Shown here: piece after piece, positions 32,301 through 43,845 of the stretch | How the letters are laid out: every line of letters starts with the position of its first letter | Numbering within the stretch: position 1 is the first letter of the stretch | Assembly (NCBI GenBank): GCA_963824995.1 | Contig: CAWGRK010000002.1 | Span: 124,001 to 188,000, forward strand | Source: an uncultured Actinomycetes bacterium | GTDB lineage: Bacteria; Actinomycetota; Acidimicrobiia; Spongiisociales; DATADW01 | Length of the DNA stretch: 64,000 nucleotides | Direction of reading: 5' to 3' | Made by a program: the position numbers and the translations under genes | The notes under the pieces: generated by a model | Database searches by the model: none | The model's input: only the letters and a program-made list of their open reading frames with translations | What the model was told of the DNA's origin: nothing

Positions 32301-35287
32301 TGCCGTTCCAGTCGTTGATGCCGTGCTGGTGACAATCGGTCGGCTCGTTGTGGGCGCAATGGTGGATCACCAGCCGCCAGCTCATCGAGGACGCACCGAG
32401 CGTCTCGTTCGGATCGGAGGCGCGTGCCGGTGAAGCTGATGGTGTCGCCCACCTTCCAGAGGGCGCTTCCGTCGGGGGTGTTGATGGTGGCGGTGGGGGC
32501 GGTGTTTCCGTCGGTGGCGTCGATGGTGACCGTGTCGGTGTCGACCCCGCCGCGGCCGTCGCTGACCCGAAGCGTCACCGGGTAGCTACCGGGTGTGGCG
32601 TAGGTGAACTCCGGCGCCGCCAGCGTGGAGTCGTCGAGCTGCCCGTCGCCATCGAGGTCCCATGCGTAGCTGAGCGGATCGCCATCCGGGTCGGTGGAAG
32701 ACGATGCGGTGAAGCTCACCTGGAGCGGGGTCGGGCCGGAAGGGGATTGGCCCCGAGCACCGCGGTCGGCGGTTGGTTGGCGCCGAGCACGTATCCCCAA
32801 CCGGTCCCGTTGACATTCCAGACGTTGCCGGGGGTGTCGGTCCACTCCGAGTAGTCGGGTGGGGTCGAGGTGAGTTGGCCGGTGGTGCCGAAGTCGAGGT
32901 CGGCCCGCACCTGGCCGCCGCCGGTCGTACCGCTGATGATCGAGGCCGCGTAGTAGCGGCCCGACCAGAACTCGACGTCGTGGAGGACTCGCCCGCCGAG
33001 CACCATCTCCTGGTCCCCTGGGTTGACCGAGGTGGTACCGGTTCCGGTGTTGACCGCACCGCCGAGCTGGGTCCAACCGGTATCGGCCTCCAGGTCGGGC
33101 GTGGTATCGGTGCGGTAGAAGAAGGTGACGGTGTGGCCGCCCGCTCCGTTGTTGACGTCGAGCACGCCGCGGATCTGGAGCCGCTGCCCGTCGGTGACGG
33201 GAAGGGCGACGGTCGAGTTGGCCACGCGGACCGTGCCGCCCCCGTCCACCCAGGCGAGTCGGAGGCCCTTGGTGGTGCCGTTGAGCATCAGCTCGTAGCC
33301 CTGGGCGCCGGTGCCGGTGATCAGGTTGGAGACGAACTTGCCCGACGGCGAGTCCCAGTCGTTCAGGGCGACATCGGCCCGCAGGTCGAGATCACCGGTG
33401 ATGTCGAATGTGGGCGAGGGCGCTGAGGAGATGTCGACTCCGGCGGTCCCGGGGAGAGTCAGGTAGCCGTCGCCGGACCCGCTGGCCGGGGTGACGGTGA
33501 TCGGCCGTCTGTGCGGTGTCGGTCCCGCCGCGCCCATCGCTCACCCGAAGGGTCGCGGTGTGGATTCCCGGCGTGACATAGGTGAACTGCGGAGTCGCTC
33601 CCGAGGCGTCGTCGAAGGCGCCGTCGCCGTCGAGGTCCCAGTCGTAGGTGAGCGGATCGCCATCGGCGTCGGTGGAGCCTGTGCCGCTGAAGTTGACGGT
33701 GAGCGGGGAGGCGCCCGAGGTGGGATTGGCCGATCGCTGCGGCGACCGGCGCGGTGTTCTCAGGGTCGACCGTGTAGCGGTATCGGATGATCCGGCCGCC
33801 GAAGTGGTCAACTGCGAAGAGGTCACCGCCGGGCCCGATCTCGAGCCCGACGGTGCCCACCTGGCTGGCGAAAAGCTCGACGGTCGCCGGATTGGGCACT
33901 CCGCCGCTACCGGGGTACATCACCCAGATGCACTGCCGGGAGAAGTCGGAGAAGAACAGCGCCCCGTCGTAGGCGTCGGGTAGCTGCCGCCCTCGTAGAA
34001 GGCGAGCCCGGCAACCGAGCTCGAGCCGCCGCCACATCCCGCCAACGAGCTCGAGTGGTTCCACGGGAGAACCGGCGGGGTGTGGGCGGTGGCGTCGCCG
34101 TACATGGTCTCGCACACGTTGTTGTTGAGTGAGTCATACCCGCTCTGGCGGGCGTTTCCCTCGTAGCAGGGCCAGCCGAAGTTGCGGACCGTCTGCGTGG
34201 GGTTCTGGTGGCGGTTTATCTCCTCCCAGGTGCCCCAACCGACGTCCCCGATCCAGAGCTCGCCGGTGCCCGGCTGGACGGTGAAACGGAATGGGTTGCG
34301 CAACCCGTAGGCCACGATCCTGTCGTCATCGGCGCTTCCCTGCCCGACGAGTGGGTTGTTGGCAGGGGCTGGCCGGTGTCCGGGTCGACCCGCAGGATGG
34401 CGCCGTTCCAGGTGACCGGATCGCCCGAGGTGCGTAGGTCCTGGCTGCGCAGAGCGCCACCCTGACCGGTGGTCGGCTGCTGCGTGCCACCGACCGGGAC
34501 CGGAGGATCACCGCACGGGTTCTTTGGGGTGTCGGTGTTGCGTCCCCCGCCCTGGCCGTAGTCGCTGAAGTTGAAGCTGGCCCCGTCGCCTGCGCCGACG
34601 TAGAGCTCGCCGGCGGTACCGAACTCGACGGTCCCGATCGAGTGGCTGGGGTACTGCTGGCACCAGTTGCCCTCGAGGAGCACCTGACGGTTGCTGGCGA
34701 CGTTGGTCGGCGACACCTGATAGCGCACCACCCGCCCGTCGGCCATGCAGCCGGCGTCGAGGTCGGTGGCATACGGACAGTCGTCGGCATAGTCGCGGCC
34801 GCGGTAGGTCGTGGTGAGCAGGTAGACCCATGGCTCGGCTGGGAAGTTCGGGTCGAGCGCCATCCCGAGCATCCCCCGGTCCCACCACCCGTAGGTCTCG
34901 GCGGAAATGTCGATGACGGTGGTGGCCGTGGTGTCGGACATCGAATCGAACACCTTGACCTTCCCGCCCTTCTCCCCGACGAAGACACGGCCGTCCGCGG
35001 CGAAGCGGACGACGGTGGGCAGGTCGAGCCCGGTGAAGGCAGATTGCTCCTCGAACTCGGGATCCGTCACCGCCAGCGGTGCGATCGATGGAGCCTCACG
35101 AGAGCGGCGTACGGGCTGGTGCTGTCGGTGTCCGCCAACCGAAGCGGATCGGCGGGGGGTTGAGCGGAGTCCTGGGCAGGGGCGACGGGTGAGGGAGCGG
35201 TGGGCGAAGCCGCCAGGCGGTCCCGGGGAGCACGCCCACAGCGATCGCGAGCGCGACGAAACAGACCAATACACGGCGAACAGTCAT
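29317..35287 (-). CDS. Large (~1990 aa) secreted protein: PQQ-dependent sugar dehydrogenase (GSDH) propeller, multiple PKD domains and four ~220-aa beta-rich repeats; many indels
   Basis: Signal [86 protein letters not shown]; repeats [17 protein letters not shown]. Confidence 0.85.
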
Positions 35288-35516
35288 TCCCCCGCTCCAT
35301 TTCAATCTGAGAAGACTCGACCCCACCTGCCTTGGTCGGTCTATCGGCATCGGATCGAAGTGTCTTGAAGCATCCGAGATGAGCCGGCTTCCTCGACTAG
35401 CGAACGTCGGTGGACTTGCTGCCAAACCTGGGAGTCAAGGGTGGGGTGCCGCCGGGGGCATCAGACCAATATCCAGGGTCTCACTAGGCTCGGCGTCCAG
35501 CCGATTCGGAGGGATC

Positions 35517-36893
35517 TTGCACGACGTCGTAATCATCGGTGGCGGGCCTGCCGGTTACGGCGCCGCCCTGTACGCCCACAACTTCGGGCTCTCCGTGGCA
35601 CTGGTGGAGAAGGAGGAGCGGGTCGGTGGGACCTGTCTCCTCCGTGGGTGCATCCCGGCGAAGACCTGGCTTCAGGCGGCAGAGGTCATGACCACCGTCA
35701 AGAGCGCCGCCGAATTCGGGGTGACGCTTCAGCCGGCGAGGCCGGCTTCGACTGGGAGGCGGGGCTCAAACGCAAGAACGCCATCGTTGACCGATTGGTC
35801 CGAGGCCTCGCCGGGTTGCTCAAACAGCGCAAGGTCGAGGTCATCCGGGGTACCGGGCGGCTCGACGGTGCCGGCAAGGTGGTGGTGAGCGGCGAGAACG
35901 GTGAGCAGGTTGTCGAGGGATCGCACGTGATCGTCGCCACCGGCTCGGTCCCCCGGTCGATCCCGGGGTGGGAGATCGATGGGGACCGGATCGTCAGCTC
36001 GGACCATGCCCTCGACTGGCCCAGCAGGCCCGATCGGGTTGTCATCGTCGGAGCCGGGGTGATCGGTTGTGAGTTCGCCTCGCTGCTGGTCGACCTCGGC
36101 AGCGAGGTCCACGTCTTCGAATTGATGGAACAGATCATCCCCGGCGCCGATCCCGACGCCGCCAAGGAGTTGCAGAAGCTGCTCTCGAGGCGGGGCGTCA
36201 AGTTCTCGCTTGGAGCCTCGGTAGAGGCGCCCAAGATTGGCGAGTCGTCGGTGATGGTGACCGCCGGAGGATCATCCGTCGAGGCCGACGCCGCCCTAAT
36301 GGCGGTGGGCAGGGGTCCGGTCACCGAGAACATCGGGCTCGACACGGTGGGTATCACACCGGACCGAGGCTTCATCACCGTCGATCCGCAGACGATGCTG
36401 GCGGCGCCGGGCGTCTACGCCGTCGGGTGACATCGTGGCGGGCACGCCTCAGTTGGCCCATGCCGGGTTCGCCGAGGCGATCGCCGCGGTGACGCATCTC
36501 GCCACCGGTGAGGAGAAGCCGGTGGACTACCGCGCCATCCCTCGGGTCACCTACACCCATCCCGAGATGGCCGAGGTCGGTCTCACCGAGCCGCAGGCAG
36601 CCGAAGCCGGGATCGAGGTCGAGACCCACAACCACAGCTTCGTGGGTGTCGGGCGGGCCCAGATCATCGGCCAGAACCAGGGCATGGTCAAGATCATCGC
36701 CCAGCGCGACGGGCCCATCGTCGGCGCTTCGGTGGTCGGGCCGCACGCCGGTGAGATGATCCACGAGTTGATGTACGTCGTGGGATGGGAGGCGTTGCCC
36801 GCAGAGGCTGCAGCCTTCATCCACGCCCATCCGTCGCTGTCCGAGGCCGTCGGGGAGTCCTTGCTGGCGGCGAGCGGTCGAGGCTTGCATTGA
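35517..36893 (+). CDS. lpdA: Dihydrolipoamide dehydrogenase (E3)
   Basis: [23 protein letters not shown] redox disulfide, [22 protein letters not shown]. Confidence 0.95.
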
Positions 36894-36924
36894 CCACCAC
36901 CCCGGAGTAGAGGAGACCTGCGAG

Positions 36925-38491
36925 ATGGCGACCACCGTGAGCATGCCGCAACTGGGAGAGACGGTCACCGAGGGCACCATCCTCCGCTGGGCCAAGCAGG
37001 TGGGCGACACCGTCGCCGCCGACGAGGTCCTGGTGGAGATATCCACGGACAAGGTGGACACCGAGGTGCCTTCGCCTGCGGCGGGCACCATCCTCGAGAT
37101 CCTTGTTCCCGAAGGTGAGACGGTGGCAGTCGGCACCGCCATGGTGGTGATCGGCGACGCCGGCGAGGAGACGGATTCGGGACAGGAGACGACCGAGCAG
37201 CCGACGGCCGAGGAGGAAGCTCCCGGGACGGAGGCGGCACCGGAAGAGGCTCCGTCCGGTGAGGCAGTGTCCGATGAGGCTGCGGTCTGATCCGAGGATG
37301 AGGTGCCGCCGAGGATGCACGCCGCCGCCGAAGCCACCGAGGAAGCGCCTGCAGCCCAGGCCACCGAGGAATCTGCTCCTGAAGAGGTCCCGGCAGATGT
37401 TGAGGCGACAGCGGGCGAGAAGGAAACAACAGCACCTCCCACCGAGGAGCCGACCTCGTCGGCGTATCCGGTTGGGGGGAACGGAGGTGGCGAGGGCGAC
37501 GGGATGCGCCGAGTCCTCTCACCCGTTGTCCGCAAACTGGCTCGCGAGCATGGTCTCGACCTGGCGACGGTCCCGGGGACGGGTCAGGGGGGGCGGATCA
37601 CCCGACAGGATGTCGAGGCCTATCTGGCGCAGGAACCGGCCGAAGCGCCGGCGGCGATCACCACCGCACCGGCACCGGGTGAGGCGCCGACAGCACCCGC
37701 CCCGGCAGCACCGGCAGCACCGGACCCGCTGCGGCCCCGCGGCCGCTACGGGCGAGGTGCCGAGCGGTCCCGGCGATCGGGTAGAGGACCTCGACCGGCT
37801 CCGTGTCCGCATCGGCGAGAACATGATCCGGGCCAAGCAGACCGCCGCTCATGTGTGGACCTCGGTGGAGGTCGACTTCGAGGCGGTGGAGCGGGTCCGT
37901 CAGGAGCACCGCGAGACGTTCAAGCAGCGTGAGGGCTTCTCGCTCACCTACCTGCCGTTCATCGCCAGGGCCACGATCGACGCCCTCCGCGCCTTCCCGG
38001 TGGTCAACAGCTCCTACTACCTCGAGCAGCGCAAGGCGGTGTTCCACGACCGGATCAACCTCGGGATCGCCATAGACCTCGATCAGAAGGGGCTCATCGT
38101 CGCCACCATCCGCGACGCCGACGAGCTCCGGCTGGTCGCCGTCGCCCGTCGGGTGCGCGAGCTAGCCGACAAGGCGAGGAACGGAAAGCTCGAGCCGGAC
38201 GACGTGATCGGGTCGAGCTTCACCATCACCAACCCCGGACCCTTCGGCTCATTCATGTCGGCGCCGGTGATCAATGTCCCCAACGTGGGGATTCTCTCCA
38301 CCGACACGGTCGCCAAGCGGCCGGTCGTGATCACCGACGAGCATGGCCAGGACGGCATCGCTATCCGGCACATCGGGTATCTCGGTTTGAGCTGGGACCA
38401 CCGCGCCTTCGACGGGAGCACGGCGGTGATGTTCCTCGGCCGGATCAAGGAGAGCCTCCAGACCTGGGACTGGACCCAAGAGCTCGCATGA
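36925..38491 (+). CDS. sucB: 2-oxoacid dehydrogenase E2 dihydrolipoamide acyltransferase (SucB/DlaT-like)
   Basis: [24 protein letters not shown] (lipoyl Lys), [36 protein letters not shown]. Confidence 0.9.
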
Positions 38492-40286
38492 AGAGCCATG
38501 GTTTGCTCCCCGGTGAGGCTCTTGACGAGTCGAGCAAGCGGAGGGAGTTCGCCAGCCCCCCTACCCGCTGCTGCGCAGCGGGTCCCTTCCCCCCTGCGGG
38601 GGGAGCGGATTCCTGGCCGCCTCTTCTGCGGGTTCGCTGGTTGGGCCGGCTTCCCTACTTGGAGGCATGGGACCTGCAGCGGGCGTCTGTGGGAGGGTCG
38701 GGTGGAGGGGCGCACCCCGGATGACTACCTGCTGCTGCTCGAGCACCCCCACGTCTATACGGTCGGTCGCAACGGCGACGGCTCCAACCTGCTCGTTCCC
38801 GAGGAGTCGCTGCAGTCACTGGGCGCAGAGGTGCATCGGGTGGACCGTGGAGGGGATGTCACCTACCACGGTCCGGGCCAGCTCGTCGGTTACCCGATCG
38901 TCGGGCTGACCGACCCCAAGCAGATCGTCCCCCACGTCCGCCGCATCGAGCAGGCGCTGGTCGCTGCGCTCTCCGACCTTGGTGTACCGCTTGGACGGAG
39001 CCGGGGTACACCGGAGTGTGGACCGACGACGGCAAGGTGGCGGCCATCGGCGTCCGGGTCTCGAGGGGTGTCTCGATGCACGGGTTCGCCCTCAACGTCG
39101 ATCCCGACCTGGGCTACTTCGGGCACATGCACCCGTGCGGGATCTCAGATCGTCCCGTCACGTCGCTCAGCTCGCTGTGCGGTCGCCGTGTCTCGCTCGA
39201 GGAGGTGATCGATCTGGTCGTCCCCCGATTCGCCGAGGCGTTCGGGTACGAACGCCGCGAGGTCCAGCTGGCGCCTTCACCCGGGGACAGGGTCGCGATC
39301 GCCGATTCGAGGTGGATCGACTTCTCGCTGCCGGCACCTTCTCACCGGAGCGGAGGTCGGAGGAGCCGGTACTGATCGGGGGCCGTCTCCCCGGTGAGCC
39401 GCCGAGGCCGGAGTGGATGAAGGTCAAGGCGCGGATGGACGACGGATACCTCCAGCTCAAGAAGCTGATGCGCGGCCTGGAGCTGCACACGGTTTGCGAA
39501 GAAGCCGGCTGCCCCAACATCTTCGAGTGCTGGGGGATGGGGACCGCCACCCTCATGATCCTCGGGGATCGGTGCACCCGAGCGTGCGGTTTCTGCAACG
39601 TCACCACCGGCAAGCCCACCGAGCTCGACGTCTTCGAGCCATTCCGAGCCGCGGATGCGGTCAGCAAGATGGGTCTGAGCCACGCCGTGGTCACCTCGGT
39701 CAACCGAGACGACCTCGATGACGGGGGCTCGGCCATATTCGCCACGACCATCCGCGAGATCCGTCGCCGCTCGCCGGAGTGTGCCGTCGAGGTGCTCATT
39801 CCCGACTTCAAAGGCGACACGGTGGCGCTGGAGACGGTGATGGCGGAGCACCCTGAGGTTCTCAACCACAACACGGAAACGGTGCTTCGGTTGCAGCGCG
39901 ACGTCAGGACCGCCGCCAGCTATGGCCGGTCGCTTGCGCTGCTGGCTCGGGCCGGCTGGATCGAACCGTCGGCCCGGGTCAAGTCGGGGCTGATCGTGGG
40001 GATGGGCGAGACCGCTGAAGAGGTGCTTGGCGCTCTAGCCGACCTGCGGGCGGTGGGCGTTGACATCGTCACCATCGGCCAGTACCTGCGCCCCACGGCG
40101 AGACATCGGCCGGTCCACCGCTATGTCCATCCCGATGAGTTCGCCATGTATAAGGACTTTGGGGAAGGTATCGGGATCCCGCATGTCGAGTCGGGCCCAT
40201 TGGTGCGATCCTCCTACCACGCCAAGGACTCATTGCAGGGCGCCTCGCCACCGCCGGTTCCCGTGGCGCTCGGCCCGCGCCCCTGA
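38488..40286 (+). CDS. lipA: Fused octanoyltransferase LipB and lipoyl synthase LipA
   Basis: LipB: LLLEHPHVYTVG, DRGGDVTYHGPGQLVGYP, KVAAIG, HGFALN, PCG. LipA: CEEAGCPNIFEC, CTRACGFC, RSSY. Junction requires an indel correction near 39270. Confidence 0.85.
38543..38603 (-). repeat. Partial copy 4 of the palindromic element, inside the 5' end of lipB-lipA
   Basis: gggagttcgccagcccccctacccgctgctgcgcagcgggtcccttcccccctgcgggggg is the reverse complement of the element's left half. Confidence 0.85.
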
Positions 40287-40328
40287 CATATCGGTGCTGA
40301 CATATCGGTGCTGACATATCGGTACTGA
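40283..40328 (+). repeat. Three tandem 14-bp direct repeats CTGACATATCGGT(G/A)
   Basis: ctgacatatcggtg ctgacatatcggtg ctgacatatcggta ctga; begins at the lipA stop codon. Confidence 0.95.
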
Positions 40329-40456
40329 TCGGCTTCAATTCGGACGCCATTTCGGCCGATAATCGGGGTGAGGGGGACTCATGCCCCGTCAGCCGATGCC
40401 TGTTCGCTCGGGCGTGGCATCCAGATCATCGAACTTCCGGTTCAGAGGTGCGGGGA

Positions 40457-43400
40457 ATGTTGAGAAAACGGTTCGTGACGCCGCTCATCGCGTTTGTCGC
40501 TTTTGCGCTCCTAACAGGGGCTACTCTGCAGCAGGCCCCGGGGGGTGGCGACATGGGGCTTCCCTCCTCGTCCTCTTCGACCTCTCGTTCCACGGCCGCC
40601 GCTCCGGTGGAGACGCTGGGCGATCCGTTCCAGACCGGGTTCGAGGTCGTGACCGAGCTGTCGGGGCTGAATGTGCCCACCGCGGTGAGGTTCAGTTCGG
40701 ATGGCCGCGGTCTTCGTCTCCGAGAAGGCGGGGAGGATCAAGGTGTTCGACTCCCTCGACGACGCCACGCCAACGACCATCCAGCTCCCAGGTGCCACTC
40801 CGACCTATGACTACCTCGACCGTGGTTTCCTCGGGCTGGCTCTCGACCCCAACTTCCCTGCCGAGCCCTGGGTCTATGGGCTCCACACCCGTGTTCGTGA
40901 CGGGTACACCTTCAACGACGAGTGCCCCGCTGAGAACAGCGGCGGGTGTCCGGCCGACGGCAGACTCTTCCGCTTCCAGGTCACACCGACCAACACTGTC
41001 GTCGCCGGCACCGAGCAGACCCTCCTCACCGGCAACTGGTGCCAGCAGTTCACATCCCATTCGATCGGGACCATCGAGTTCGGCCCCAACGGTGAGTTGT
41101 ATGTCGGCGCCGGCGATGGAGCCAACTTCATCGTCGCCGACTACGGACAGCGCTCCGGGGGTGGAATCCCAGAGAACCCGTGTGGCGACCCGCCGGTTGG
41201 TGTGGGGGGCGACCAGCAGCCCATCACCAGTCAGGGTGGAGCCCTCCGCAGCCAGGACCCCCGCGTCCTCGGCGACCCGGCCACCTTCGATGGGTCGATC
41301 CTGCGGGTGGACCCCGACACCGGTGCTGCCTTCTCCGGTAACCCAGGCGGTGCCGGCGACGACCGGATCGTCGCCTACGGCCTCCGCAACCCATTCCGCT
41401 TCACGGTGCGTCCCGGGACCAACGAACTGTGGATCGGCGACGTCGGCTGGTCTGCCTGGGAGGAGATCGACCGCCACCAGAACCCGACCGACGTGGTGAG
41501 GAACTTCGGATGGCCTTGCTACGAGGGCAATGGTCGTCAGCCCGGTTACGACGGGCTCAACAACAACATCTGCGAGGGTTTGTACGACTCGCCCGGGGCG
41601 GTGACCGCTCCCTATTTCACCTACCAGCACGGTCAACCGCTGGCCGGGGGGTGCAGCAACGACACCAGCTCGATCGCCGGGATGGCCTTCTACGAGGGCG
41701 GCGATTACCCGGACGAATATGACGGAGCCCTCTTCTTCTCCGACTACTCGCGCGGCTGCATAATCGTCATGTTCCCTGGAAGCAGCGGCCTACCCGCCAC
41801 TAACAACATCGAACGGTTCGTCACCGGCGCTGTCTCCGGTGAACCTCGAGATCGGCCCCGACGGCGACCTGTTCTATGTGGACATAATCGCCGGCACGGT
41901 CGAGCGGGTCCGGTTCACCGAAGGGCCGGGGAACAACCCGCCAACCGCAGAGGCGACCGCCGACCCCGAGTTCGGCCCGGCGCCGCTCACCGTCCAATTC
42001 GACGGATCGGGCTCGACCGACCCAGACGGCGACGCCCTGACATACACCTGGGACCTCAACGGTGACGGATTCTTCGACGCGGGCGACGGTCCCAACCGGT
42101 TCCTGGTAAGCCCAACCTTCACCTACAACACGGTCGGGCTCCGCACCGTCCAACTTCGGGTTCGCGACCCCTCCCAGGCACAGGACTTCGACAGCGTCAC
42201 CATTGACGTCGGCAACACGCCGCCGACCGCCACCATCACGTCGCCGGCGACCGGGTCCGAATTCTCCGTGGGCCAGACGGTGACATACGCCGGAACCGGC
42301 ACCGACGCCCAGGACGGGACGCTCCCGGCCAGCGCCTTTTCGTGGAAGTTCGATGTCCACCACTGCGCCCGGATCAACCCCAGTGACTGCCATGTCCATC
42401 CGCTGCAGACGGTCGAGGATGTGACCGGCGGCAGCTTCGTCTTCCCAGACCATGAGTACTTCTCGTGGGTGGAGATGACACTCACCGTGACCGATTCGAA
42501 CGGGGCCACCTCCGATCCGGTGACCCGACGGCTCAATCCGAAGCTGGTTGATCGTCACGTTTGCCACCAGCCCCGTGGACTTGAAGGTGACGGTGGGCTC
42601 GGCCACCTACCCGGCACCGGAGACGCTCGAGTTCGCCGTCGGCTCGACGATCTCGGTGAGCGTGGAGACACCACAGGCCAAGGGTGGGATCAGCTACAAG
42701 TTCGCCTCGTGGTCGGACGGCAAGGCTCGTGTCCACGAGTTGGTCGTGCCCGGCTCCGACAAGACGTACACCGCCCGCTTCACGGCCCCGCCCCCGGCCA
42801 ACAAGGAGCCGGTTGCGGTCATCCGGACCAACGAAAAGTCAGGGATCGTGCCGTTCAAGGTTCAGTTCGACGGAACGGCTTCGCACGACCCCGACGGCGA
42901 CTCCCTTTCCTACCGCTGGGATCTCGACGGCGACGGGGCTTACGACGATTCGACGGCGAGCAAGCCGAGCCGCACCTTCGACGACCCAGGAGCACACCGT
43001 GTGAGGCTCAAGGTCACCGACGGCAGGGGCGGGGTCGACACCGCCCAGGTCACGATCGTGGCCGGACCGCAGCCGGTTGGTGCCAGCTTCACCGATGTTC
43101 CGGTCGGGTATGTGTTCTACGAGGACATCGAGTGGCTCCTCGCCGAAGGGGTCACCGAGGGCTGCAACCCCGAGGGGACGATGTTCTGCCCGACCGAGTC
43201 CGTGACGAGGGGCCAGATGGCGGCGTTCCTTGTGCGCTATCTGGGTCTCACCGACCCCGGTCCAGGGGATTGGTTCGTCGATGACGACGGGAGCCTGTTC
43301 GAGTCCGAGATCGATCGTCTCGCCCAGGCCGGGATCACGCTGGGGTGCAACCCTCCGGCCAATGACCAGTTCTGCCCACTGGAGTCGGTGACAAGGGCCC

Positions 43401-43615
43401 AGATGGCGACCTTCCTCGATCGCGCCCTCGATCTCCCATCGGCACCTTCGTTCGGCTTCACCGACATCGACACCTCGGTGCACCGTGCCGCGATCAACCG
43501 TCTTGCCGCCGCCGGGATCACCCGGGGTTGCGCCGACACCTGGTTCTGCCCCGACCTGCCGGTGACCCGCGGCCAGATGGCCGCATTCCTCCACCGCGGC
43601 GACGAGTACCGCTAA
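40457..43615 (+). CDS. Secreted PQQ-dependent sugar dehydrogenase with PKD domains and C-terminal S-layer homology (SLH) repeats
   Basis: Signal [82 protein letters not shown]...FCPTESVTRGQMAAFL x3. Confidence 0.9.
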
Positions 43616-43659
43616 ATCGATCGAACCCAGCGAGACACGCAGCCGGCGCCAGCGCCCGT

Positions 43660-43712
43660 GCCAACCCAGGGTTGCCAGCTCCACCTGGGTACTCGCCCGA
43701 CCCAGGGTTGAC
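43660..43712 (-). repeat. 52-bp element with AACCC(A/T)GGG boxes, copy B
   Basis: gccaacccagggttgccagctccacctgggtactcgcccgacccagggttgac. Confidence 0.6.
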
Positions 43713-43845
43713 GGCTGTCCCGGTTGCGGTAAGTGGCCGGTGGGGGTAGGTTGCGCGGGCGCGCATCATTTTGAGAGCCGACTGAGAAGTCGGCTCTTGT
43801 CGCGTTCAAGGACGCTGACGGTGCACCGGGAGGGAGGCGGAGGCG

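Noticed and set aside
40283..40328. CRISPR array
   Set aside because: The repeats are 14 bp and directly adjacent with no spacers, and there are no cas genes. The same applies to the heptamer arrays.
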